A DNA stretch of 64,000 bases, taken from the NCBI GenBank assembly GCA_002269645.1, contig NIVC01003698.1, forward strand, positions 18,241 to 82,240, written 5' to 3'. How positions within the stretch are numbered: the stretch's first letter is position 1; the number at the start of each line of letters is the position of its first letter. Shown here piece after piece: positions 1 to 11,600 of this stretch. The DNA is from Macrostomum lignano (taxonomy: Eukaryota). The notes beneath the pieces are model-generated. The model saw only the letters and a list, made by a program, of their open reading frames with translations. It was not told the DNA's origin and ran no database searches. A program made the translations under genes and the position numbers.

Positions 1-118
1 ATCGCTGATTATAGCTTCCAGTCCAGGAGTGCCAGAAGTCCCTGCCCTGCTTGGCCTCCTGGGCCATCGCTGATTATAGCTTCCAGTCCAGGAGTGCCAG
101 AGGTCCCTGTCTTGCCTG
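1..118. repeat. Tandem duplication, 67-bp period (truncated at window edge)
   Basis: atcgctgattatagcttccagtccaggagtgccaga occurs at 1 and 68. Confidence 0.8.
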
Positions 119-604
119 GGAGACACAAGTGCCCCCTAAGGCAATTATTATTATCATGAAATTAAACAATTGCCAACTCTGCAAAACGAGCCAAAGAAGT
201 TTTGTCGTTGGCTTAGTCCACAAAAAAGCAAGCTTTGAAAAAATAGACGGACAAATAAGCCGACAGATAAGCTAGAATGAATCTAAATCAGTTAGCAATA
301 TCAATGTGTTTTGTTTTAGTTGGCAGTGAATTTGTGGGGACGGAGTTAGGCAGAGCAAATACGCCAGTGAACTTAGAGTAGAAAACAATTCTTTTAATAA
401 AAGATTTTGCCGCCGTTCGGACAAATAATCTGAGAATTTTTAATTACACACCGAAGTTAAATACTCTTGGCAGGAAACACTGATTCGATAGATGATGAGA
501 ATATGCTTTTGTAAGGAGAAAATGCGCACGAGGTAGGAAAACCTATAGGATTTTTGTGCAAAGTCATCTCCTGGATATCCCGGATTTAGGAGCTAGGAAG
601 ACCA

Positions 605-905
605 CTAATACCCTTCGGATCTTCAGGATTTCCCTAATACCCCATCTGATTTTCAGCGATTCTTCTAATACCCCATCGGATTTACAGTGATTCTTCTAAT
701 ACCCCATCTGATTTTCAGCGATTCCCCTAATACCCCTTGGATCTTCAAGGATTCCTCTAATACCCATCGGGTCTTCCCAGATTCCTCTAATACCCCATCG
801 AACCTTCAAGTATTCCCTAAATACCCCATCGGATCTTCAGGGATTCCCTTAATATCCCATCGGATCTTTAGGGATTCCCCTAATACCTCATTGGATCCTC
901 GGGAA
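605..905. repeat. Degenerate minisatellite, about 31-bp unit
   Basis: Repeated ctaataccccatcggatcttcagggattc variants. Confidence 0.8.
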
Positions 906-961
906 TTCCGCTGCTACCTCTTAGTCAGTTGAGAACCCTGAGACCATCAATCATTGAGTTA

Positions 962-2124
962 TCAAAACAGTTTCTCAAGCAGCAACAGCAGCTGAGCCGC
1001 CAGAGCAGCAGCAGGAAGCGCAGTTGTCATTCCGGCCGAGTTGCACAGGTCATTGGGACAGATGCAGATGAACCCGTTGCCTCTTCGCTCCTGCCTGCAG
1101 GCCGAATGCAGATAGATTGACATGTTCACTCGGAGGCTGCAGGTGCGAACAAGCTGCAGTTGGCTGTTCTTGTAGTAGGCCCACTTCAGACAGCCGCCGC
1201 GAACGCAGGACACCTGGCGCAGGGGGGGGGGTGATCAAATCAACTAGCGGGGTCTCTTTGGGGACGACGAGTTCCACTTGACAAATCGATCACGTGCTTT
1301 GGGAATATTTGCACCGATTTAGACACTTTGATTATTAATTTTGCGACTTTGTAACCATCCAATGACCCACCCGTTTAGTCACCCGATGACCCACACATTT
1401 AATCACACCCGATGACCCACATATTTAGTCAACCAATGACCCATACATTTAGTCACCCGATGACCCACACCTTTAGTCACCCGATGACCCACACCTTTAG
1501 TCACCCGATGACCCACACCTTTAGTCACCCGATGACCCACACCTTTAGTAACCCGATGACCCACACATTTAGTCACCCGATGACCCACATATTTAGTCAA
1601 CCAATGACCCATACATTTAGTCACCTGATGACCCACATATTTAGTCACCCAATGACCCACATATTTAGTCAACCAATGACCCATACATTTAGTCACCTGA
1701 TGACCCACACCTTTAGTCAACCAATGACCCATACATTTAGTCAACCAATGACCCACACCTTTAGTCAACCAATGACCCACATATTTAGTCAACCAATGAC
1801 CCACATATTTAGTCAACCAATGACCCACATATTTAGTCAACCAATTTCGAACCACACATTTAATCACCCAAGCAATTGCCAAGAGATTACAATCAAGTGG
1901 AATTTCGATTACCCATAGTCTATGGCCGAGCCCTCGCTCACCTGGTTGAGCACTTTGTCGATGTCCACTCCGGGCGTGCTACAGGTGCTGTTCCCAAGCT
2001 GACCCTCGCACTCGTAGCAGGTGATGTGATCGGAAAAGTCAGCCTCGTCCCCTGTTGCTAAGGGGATCAAACTGCCCAGCAATAATAATAGAACTGGCAG
2101 TTGAACGCCCCAGGCTGCGTGCAT
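962..2124 (-). CDS. Ly6/uPAR three-finger protein, quiver/sleepless-like, probably GPI-anchored (2 exons, 144 aa)
   Basis: Exons 2124-1942 and 1213-962 join in phase 0 (CAG|gtgagc ... ccag|GTG). The product has a signal peptide (MHAAWGVQLPVLLLLLGSLIPLATG) and 10 Cys from ITCYEC to FICICPNDLCN, followed by a hydrophobic C-terminal tail (SAGMTTALPAAALAAQLLLLLEKLF) typical of a GPI signal. Confidence 0.82.
1362..1845. repeat. 24-bp minisatellite in the Ly6 gene intron
   Basis: (atgacccacacctttagtcacccg)n, about 19-20 copies. Confidence 0.95.
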
Positions 2125-2212
2125 GCTCTGTTTCCAGTTAGCAACTAAGCTAAAAGCTGCACTGCTGTTCAACCAGCCTCGCTATGCTTAACTCAGCTTC
2201 CATTCGTGCCCT

Positions 2213-2219
2213 CTTTATA
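2213..2219 (-). promoter_or_regulatory. TATA box (TATAAAG) of the Ly6/quiver-like gene
   Basis: ctttata on + reads TATAAAG on -, about 90 nt upstream of the ATG at 2124. This fits a short 5' UTR. Confidence 0.5.
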
Positions 2220-2576
2220 CGAGTGTGAGCAGCCGAAGGGCGCACGCGCCACCTAAAGTTGCTTCTTAACGGCGCAACGCTGCGCACTGCATGTACATTG
2301 CACTGCACAGAGACAGAGAGAATGGAGGCATAGAATAACGAACAACAATGAGACTCTGAAGAGCAAGTTTAAGTGAGAAAGGAAAGACAAAAAGACTGTA
2401 GAAACGGAGAGAATCGCCGGAGCACCCGAGACAGACAGTATCGGAGCATCATCGCGTACCAACCTACACTGATTCGCGCTTTCGATGCCGGCCAGTCAGT
2501 TTGATGCTTGCCGACTTTAATAGATCCCCTTGGAGCTTACTCTCATAAGGGCTACATGTGTGTGTGAGCTGTCTGG

Positions 2577-2655
2577 CAGACAGACAGCCAGACAGACAGC
2601 CAGACAGACAGAGACACACAGACAGACAGACAGACAGACACACACACACAGACAC

Positions 2656-2698
<43 letters not shown>

Positions 2699-2755
2699 CA
2701 CACACACAGACAGACAGACAGACACACACACAGACAGACAGACAGACAGACAGGC

Positions 2756-2786
<31 letters not shown>

Positions 2787-2845
2787 GACACACAGACAGA
2801 CACACAGACAGACAGACAGACACACAGACAGACACACAGACAGAC

Positions 2846-2890
<45 letters not shown>

Positions 2891-2929
2891 GCCAGACAGT
2901 CAGACAGACAGACAGACAGCCAGACAGTC

Positions 2930-2964
<35 letters not shown>

Positions 2965-3127
2965 GACACACAGAGAGACAGACAGACAGACAGACAGACA
3001 GCCAGACAGTCAGACAGTCAGACAGACAGACAGACAGAGACACACAGAGAGACAGACAGACAGACAGACAGACAGCCAGATAGTCAGACAGACAGACAGT
3101 CAGACAGACAGACAGACAGACAGACAC

Positions 3128-3184
<57 letters not shown>
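2577..3184. repeat. (GACA)n microsatellite
   Basis: About 600 bp of GACA with CA/GA interruptions. Confidence 0.97.
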
Positions 3185-3834
3185 AGAGACTAAAGGATTA
3201 GACTAAATCAGTACCAAAAATCAAAGACAAGCGAATTATGCGTGAATATATGTTAAATTAAACAAAAACGATCACAGACAAGTGGCTCTACCAGTAGTAT
3301 AATATGAATGTATATGCACACAAATTTATAAATATAGGACAGGCAAATGTGTACGAATGAATGTGAGGAACTTGTGCACTTTCGAAATACACCAACACTG
3401 CATGAGCAAATGACGCAGCAAGATGCGCAATCGTTTAATCAAATTTGCCTGTTGCAAATCACTACTCATGTAAAAAGCGCCGCAAGTAGTAAGAACAGCA
3501 TTATAGCTAGTAAGGAATTCTCTACCCAGAAGCGCTGGAATGACCCATAATATTATAACATTGTTTTATAGGAAAAGCTGTGACACTTTTGCATATACTA
3601 AGAAAGCCTATCGAATAAGAATAGGATAAGCTACAAGTGAGAAAGCCGACACCAAGTTTGAGTACACTGAGTGCATAATAAGCATGCATAAAATACTTAT
3701 AACCCTATGCTATAAGTCCACAAAGAACAATGTAAAAACAAAATCATATAAATTAACAAACCCAGGGGATTTGGGAGAAAATTATAATATAGTTTATATT
3801 AACAACTCGCAGTTTATAAATAGGGTCAAGATTT

Positions 3835-4245
3835 GAGGTGGGTCGCAATGCACATTTAGAAAAGCGGGAGAGTGAGGGGCTGAAAAGAGGAGTGGGGTGG
3901 CTGTCAGGGGTAAAAAGTTAAATTGCTAAAATGACACAGGAAGAACTGGGGAGTGGGATGGGCCGTTATGTACATTTAGTTGAAAGGCAGGAGAGTGAGG
4001 GGCTGAAAAGAGGAGTGGGGTGGCTGTCAGTAGGGTCAGGGGTAGAAAGTTAAATTGCTAAAATGTCACAGGAAGAACTATGGAGTGGGGTGGGTTGCAA
4101 TGTACATCTATTGGAGAGGCAGGAGAGAGGGGCTGAAAAGAGGAGTGGGGTGGCTGTCAGGGGTAGAAAGTTAAATTGCTAAAATGACACAGGAAGAACT
4201 ATGGAGTGGGGTGGGCTGCAATGTACATCTGCCGAGGCGTGGGGT
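3835..4245. repeat. Three tandem copies of a 120-135 bp unit
   Basis: gaggggctgaaaagaggagtggggtggctgtcag..aaagttaaattgctaaaatg recurs near 3875, 3996 and 4130. Confidence 0.85.
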
Positions 4246-5144
4246 GGCTGCTAGTCTAACCAAAATTCCAGATGTTAAAAACACACAGCTAAAGGGCATC
4301 ATGATTTGGCATTATTATCAATTTTGGCGATAGAATATTCTACGCAAACTCTAAGAGGCAGCATTAGTAGCGAAAGAAAACTCGGTTCTTTCAAACCTCA
4401 ATAAAAAAGAAAAATGTAAGAGGCTTAAAATTTGGAATATTATGCATAATGTAACAAGACTAATTGACACATAAACACAGACGATAATTGGCAAATAATA
4501 CAAGCTACTATTGAAATTCTGCCACCAATATCGGTGCAATAAAGTGCAAGCAAAAACTGTTTTCAAGTCTATTAGTTTGTGCACAAGAAGCGAAAATAAA
4601 GTAATGCGATCTGTCTCAAGCAAAAAATCGGAACACAGGAATGTGTATTATGCCTCTACAGCTCATATGCAAAAGCAGGAACAAAAAAAAAGTTTAGATG
4701 AAACTATTCGACCAAAAGCTGCAGCTTAAACCCGAAAACAGAGACTAAAACAAAAAAACTAATTTTCCCAAGACTGCGTCTGATCGACTAGTGAATCTGC
4801 AGCGAGAAAAGATTGACTTGTGCGTGCCACTTTTGCTACTTAAAGTAGACTACGCGACTTTCTCGTCTATCATGGCAACGGAGATTCGCGCGATTGGCCC
4901 GCGTAGTTCAGGGAGAGCTGAGGGCCGCTTTTGAGGACTGGAAATAAAAATTAAAAGCATTGTCTATAGCCGTTGGATACTGAAAGGTAAAATGGCTGAA
5001 ATGACTAAAAACACCGAGTACCATTATTCAGTTTTAGATTCGAGTATCAAGTAGAGTATTCAGTACATGTCAATTAGAAATTCAATATATTCTGTAACTG
5101 CTCGATGCATTGTCAGGTATTTATAGGTGCCTATTATACGTTCA

Positions 5145-5662
5145 GCAGATGCTCAATAGATCTTCATTAGATCTTCAATAGATGCCCAGTAGATGGTAAG
5201 TACGAGCTAGGTGCCCAATAGATCTTCATTAGATGTTCAATAGATGCCCAGTAGATTGTAAGTACGAGCTAGATGCCCAATAAATGTTCAGTAGATGCTT
5301 CAATAGATGCTCAATAGATGCCTTAATAGATGTTCAGTAAATGCCCCAATAGATGTTTAATAGATACCTAATAGATATTCAATAGATGCCCCAATAGATG
5401 TTCAGTAGATGCCCCAATAACTGTTTAATAGATACCCAATAGATGTTCAGTAGATGCCCCAATAACTGTTTAATAGATACCCAATAGATGTTCAGTAGAT
5501 GCCCCAATAACTGTTTAATAGATACCCAATAGATGTTCAGTAGATGCCCCAATAACTGTTTAATAGATACCCAATAGATGTTTAATAGATACCCAATAGA
5601 TGTTCAGTAGATGCCCCAATAACTGTTTAATAGATACCCAATAGATGTTCAGTAGATGCCAA
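5145..5662. repeat. AATAGATG-based degenerate satellite with a higher-order unit
   Basis: Repeated aatagatg / cagtagatgccccaataactgtttaatagatacccaatagatgtt. Confidence 0.88.
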
Positions 5663-5698
5663 ATAGAGTCCCAATTCAGACCGTCTCTCCCGGCTCAC

Positions 5699-8600
5699 CC
5701 GTTCGCTCTGCAGCTGCAGCAGGACTCCGTCGGGGCGATTGCGCAGCCGGCAGCCGACCACGCCGCCGCCTGATGCCAGGCTGTCGGCGGCTGTAAAGAA
5801 TAGTCACAAAAAGTGGCCATAGCGCTCAGTTAGATCTTTTAAATTGGGATATTTCCCATTCATTATTCTCCCAACCTAAAATTAGGATTATTCACATTCT
5901 CATCATCCCCCAGTCTCACCTGCCCGCCGCACCACCCTGTCCCGGATGCAGCGGCAGACCCGGCGGCCCCGGCGGCACCGAAGGACCAGCGGCGCGGCCG
6001 CTTCCTCATCGGTGAGCAGCGTCAGCCGCCGCTCCGCCGGATCGAAGGTGACGCTGGCCAGCGAGTCGAACCAGACTCGACGGAGGGCGGCGCCACTCCG
6101 GCAGCGCAGTGCCAGGCAGCTGTCAGCCACCTCCACGTAGCGGGCCTCGCACAACCGGCTCAAGAAGCTGCTGCCGTCGTCGCAGTCGCCGCCGCCGCCT
6201 ACGGCGGCCTCCGCAGTCGGCGACGAAATCAGGCGAGCGTCGAAGGCTGGCCGACGGGGCAGGCGGCTCAGCGGGGCGCGCAGGCGAACGGAGTTGCTGC
6301 CAGCCGCGGCTGCGGGCAGCTCGTCAAGCAGGCGCCCGAGTTTCCGGCTGTGGTGCAGCCCGACGTGACTGCGGGCCAGCAGGCGGCGAATTCGGCGGGG
6401 CAGCTCGGCGCGATCGACGGCCATGGCCAGCATGAAGGCGGCGGTGTTGTGCAGCGCCCGGCCCAGCAGCCGGTCCTCGTACAGCTCCTGCCTGCGGCGG
6501 CGCCTGCGGATTCAGAGGTTACAGCGAGAGATTCACGGCTAGCGAAGTTTAGAGAAAATTTATCAGTCACTCGTGCAGTCTTTCCGTTTGCAGGGTGTTT
6601 TGGTGCCTTGGGGGTTGGCCCTCATGGGTGTGAATCGTTCAATCATTGGGGGGGGGATTGTCGTGCGATGTACACCTATGAAGGCCTGATGCGAGTGCGT
6701 GCCTGTGTACAGTATTGGCGCTTGCACGTGCTCACGAGTCAGCTGAATCGGCAGAACTGCCGTCAGCGCTGCTTGCGGGGCAAAGCCGCCCAAGGCGTTG
6801 CGCCAGGGTTGCCCAGCGGCCCTCCTGAATTTCATTATTACTAAGAAGCCTGACCTGTCCTTCGATCCGCAGTCGAGACCGAGCACCTCCCGCTCGTTGG
6901 CCACCCAGTCGAGGAACAGGTCCTCCCAGAAGTCGGCGCTGTCCCACAGCGCTGAGCGGTCCTTATTGATCAGCCGCTCGTACAAGAAGCCGCCGCCGCC
7001 GCCGCCGCGGCTGCCTCTGAGAGCCGACGCGCCCGACAAAGACGATGAAGCGTTAGAAGCTGAGGGACCGACACCGCCTCGTCCACCTCTGCCGACGCTG
7101 CGACTTGCGTTGCTGCCGCCGCCGCCGCCGCCGCCACTTGCCATCTTGTGCGAGAGCATCTCCCTCATCTGGTCTGGGCTTCTGTGCTGCTGTTTCTTCT
7201 GCACCTCGATGTTCTCGTACTCTTCTCCGTTGAGCACCACAGATGAGCCGGAGACTGACGGGATTTGGGGTTCAATAAAAGTTGAGACCGTTTAAACAAT
7301 GGGCTATTGTTGCAGCGATAGTGCAGTGAGAGATTGTAGATACCATTGCGTCTTATTGACAGATTATACTTATTCACTTCAGAAATTATAGCCACGATTG
7401 TAAACTCGACAGTTGGGTACTGTGTAACTGCCAAACTAAGGAACAAGTTAAAGTAAGGAATCACAATGTCTGTTTCTGGCAGTGGGAGCACCAGGTGAGG
7501 CATTGGGATCGCCAGGTGAGGCATTGGGAGCGCCAGGTGAGAAAGTGGGAGCGCCAGGTGAGAAAGTGGGAGCGCCAGGTGAGAAAGTGGAAGCGCCAGG
7601 TGAGACTGTGGTGCCGGAGAGCTGAGCTCTAGGCACTGACTAACTAACTAACTTATGCTATGTACGTGCATCGTTCGTGCACACCATTCTTTCCTCTCCC
7701 TTCGCTCTGACTGGCCATAGCCCTAAGCTTCCATGTACTTGTACGTAGTTTATTGTCATCACGTGACTCTATTTTGGGTGTTCTCTCAGCCCCTGCTCGT
7801 GTCATTATTAAATAGGCTACTTGCTAGTTAAAATAAACCTCAAGTATCTTTACGCCAACTACACGGCACGACAGAGACAGTGGGAGCACCAGGTGAGACA
7901 GTGGGAGCACCAGGTGAGACAGTGGGAGCACCAGGTGAGGCTGTGGGAGCACCAGGTGAGGCAGTGGGAGCACCAGGTGAGGCTGTGGGAGCACCAGGTG
8001 AGACAGTGGGAGCACCAGGTGAGACAGTGGGAGCACCAGGTGAGGCTGTGGGAGCACCAGGTGAGGCAGTGGGAGCACCAGGTGAGGCTGTGGGAGCACC
8101 AGGTGAGGCAGTGGGAGGACCAGGTGAGGCAGTGGAATCGCCAGGTGAGGCATTGGGATCGCCAGGTGAGAAAGTGGGATCGCCAGGTGAGGCAGGGGGA
8201 TCGCCAGGTGAGGCAGGGGGATCGGCAGGTGAGAAAGTGGGATTGCCAGGTGAGGCAGTGGGATCGCCAGGTGAGGCTGTGGGAGCACCAGGTGAGGCAG
8301 TGGGAGGACCAGGTGAGACAGTGGGAGCACCAGGTGAGGCAGTGGGAGGACCAGGTGAGGCAGTGGAATCGCCAGGTGAGGCATTGGGATCGCCAGGTGA
8401 GAAAGTGGGATCGCCAGGTGAGGCAGGGGGATCGCCAGGTGAGGCAGGGGGATCGGCAGGTGAGAAAGTGGGATTGCCAGGTGAGGCAGTGGGATCGCCA
8501 GGTGAGGCAGTGGGATCGCCAGGTGAGGCAGTGGGATTGCCAGGTGAGGCAGTGGGATTGCCAGGTGAGGCAGTGGGATTGCCAGGTGAGGCAGTGGGAT

Positions 8601-11600
8601 TGCCAGGTGAGGCAGTGGAATCACCTGTTGAGGCAGCGGGGTTGCCAGGTGGGACAGTTTAGGAGCGCCACTAAGCAGAGAATTGCAATAAACAGCAAGG
8701 AAAATCCGTCAGTTTCCAAGAAAACTTTCCAGCCTTGCAGACCAAAAATGTTATCAAAAAAATTTTTGCGAAAGATTTTGATTAAATATAAAAGAGAAAT
8801 TAGTACTGCAGTTGCCTCCAGCACAGTTTAGCAGCTAAGTAATAAAGTAAACTATACTTAATAGTAATAAAATTAAAGTGCAAATGTTGCGCCGTAACAA
8901 GACAGTAACGTTAAAAAACTAAGAGTGCTACTCTAAGTAGAGTAAAGTGGAAGGAAAGTTAGGTGTAAAATGAATTAAAATAGCTCGAAACCCACTGGAC
9001 TCGGCAATGGCCACTGAAAATTGGTCAGTTTTTTTAGGAAATCCGGACTTGTATTTAAATCAATAGGTTAGAGGTATTTAAGGGAGATTAGGACAATAAT
9101 AAAATGACACAAATATTCACAAATTTAATACTAAGACAATAACACTATCAGCTACTTATAGTAGATAGTCAATTTGCGCAGCAAAGAATCGCACTGGAAT
9201 TTTTGTGTTTTTTTTTGCCAGTAGGCCTAATGGAACTAATTAGGCCATTAGCAAAAACAATCATCACAAAATTAGTAACAACAAACAAATATTAATATGA
9301 GACTGTCAAAGGGTGATTTGGTGCGGTCTAAGAATTTTGTGTCGAGTAGTTTAAATACTCGCTAATTATCATGATTACCTTTGAGTGCATGTATCTTTGG
9401 TTATTAAATCATAGCGCCTTCAAGCCACTCCTAACAGCCGTTTTTATAGCATAATTTCATATTGAAAATACAAACCTTGGCTGGCCCTGCGAGAGCCGCC
9501 AGGGCGAACGGGCTGCTCACCATCGCGGCGAATTTCTTTCAACCAACCAGCTGTAAAGTATTTTTTAATTGCAGATGAAACGTAAAATCATATAAAATAA
9601 ACGATTTGCTCCTGAAAAGGACTCATTATGATGCGAGAAAAATTAAATTTCTGCTTTGTTTAACTAAGCGTCTAGTGAAAGACCTTGAATATTTAGATGC
9701 TTGATTGTCGCGTGATACTTAATAAAGCACACTAGATAACGGACTGATATGACGACCTTGAATATTTGGACACGCGATTGTCGCGTGATACTCAAATAAT
9801 GCACACTAGATAACGGACTGATATGATGAACTTGAATATTTGGACAAGCGATTGTCGCGTGATACTCAAATAATGCACACTAGATAACGGACTGATATGA
9901 TGAACTTGAATATTTGGACAAGCGATTGTCGCGTGATACTCAAATGATGCACACTAGATAACGGACTGATATGATGACCTTGAATATTTGGACACGCGAT
10001 TGTCGCGTGATACTTAAATAATGCACACTAGATAACGGACTGATATGATGACCTTGAATATTTGGACACGCGATTGTCGCGTGATACTCAAATAATGCAC
10101 ACTAGATAACGGACTGATATGACGACCTTGAATATTTGGACACGCGATTGTCGCGTGATACTCAAATAATGCACACTAGATAACGGACTGATATGACGAC
10201 CTTGAATATTTGGACACGCGATTGTCGCGTGATACTCAAATAATGCACACTAGATAACGGACTGATATGACGACCTTGAATATTTGGACACGCGATTGTC
10301 GCGTGATACTCAAATAATGCACACTAGATAACGGACTGATATGATGACCTTGAATATTTGGACACGCGATTGTCGCGTGATACTCAAATAATGCACACTA
10401 GATAACGGACTGATATGATGAACTTGAATATTTGGACACGCGATTGTCACGTGATAGTCAAATAATGCACACTAGATAACGGACTGATATGATGACCTTG
10501 AATATTTGGACACGCGATTGTCGCGTGATACTCAAATAATGCACACTAGATAACGGACTGATATGATGACCTTGAATATTTGGACACGCGATTGTCGCGT
10601 GATACTCAAATAAAGCACACTAGATAACGGACTGATATGATGAACTTGAATATTTGGACACGCGATTGTCGCGTGATACTCAAATAATGCACACTAGATA
10701 ACGGACTGATATGATGCCCTTGAATATTTGGACACGCGATTGTCGCGTGATACTCAAATAATGCACACTAGATAACAGACTCTTTGGTGACCTGAAATAC
10801 TTGGACGCGCGAGTATCGTTTGAGCTGCAAACAAAGGACACCATATAGATATGGGACTAGGCGTGGTAGCCAATAAACTAGCAGTTTACTACACCCACAT
10901 GTGAGGCGTGAGATGCAAATAAATAAATTTCCTATCTGATAAGTTTAACAAGCGTAGAGTTGGGCAAAGCGTTAAAATTTTTAAACAGTATTATTAGGCA
11001 CAGGAAGCATTCATATAGGTCACAAAAATTATACAGATTCTGCGTTAGAGCTATCAGATAAAAGTGACTCAAGGGGTGCACAGATGATTAAAAAACAATT
11101 AATGTACTAAATACCGTAATTAGTATTTAGTACATCTCTTGACCTCATTCTGAGAAGTTACTCTTAACCGCGGTTGTGTTGGAAGTTAGAAAAAACCGAT
11201 GAAAATATAGGGAGGAAGCAAATAAACTGAGGGATGCGATGCGGATATGGATATAGGTAAGAAAAGCCAAGTGTTCAACTCTTGCACTTCAAAGAAGCGA
11301 CCTGTGAAATTTACTTTCGACTGAAAAATGAGAAGTCATCCAAGTGGGAGGTTTGATTTAATTCAGGAGCATTTTTAATGCAGTATTTGCCGTCAAAGAT
11401 CAAGATATATAGAGTCTGGAGTGGAAACCAATGCCTAACTCAATGAAGTTCTAAAATTAAGAGTCTGGAGTGGAAGCTTAGTAATTTTATAGCATGCAAT
11501 TCTGTCTAGGGAGATAGAGTCATGGAGAAATGTAACAGAAATAGATTTAAACTTGAAAGACGATTAACTGCTACTAGTGGTAGTAGTGCGGGGGCATTCT

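Noticed and set aside
1403-3201. ORFs over the 24-bp and (GACA)n repeats
   Set aside because: Stop-free reading of simple repeats; not real coding sequence.
7821-8831. Long ORFs (336, 266 and 260 aa), including a collagen-looking GAPGEAV repeat
   Set aside because: They are translations of the 21-bp minisatellite inside a MADD intron. A 7-residue period cannot maintain Gly-X-Y, and there is no signal peptide or splice context.
9690-10780. CRISPR-like array (regular repeats with an internal palindrome)
   Set aside because: The units abut with no unique spacers, there are no cas genes, and the DNA is eukaryotic.
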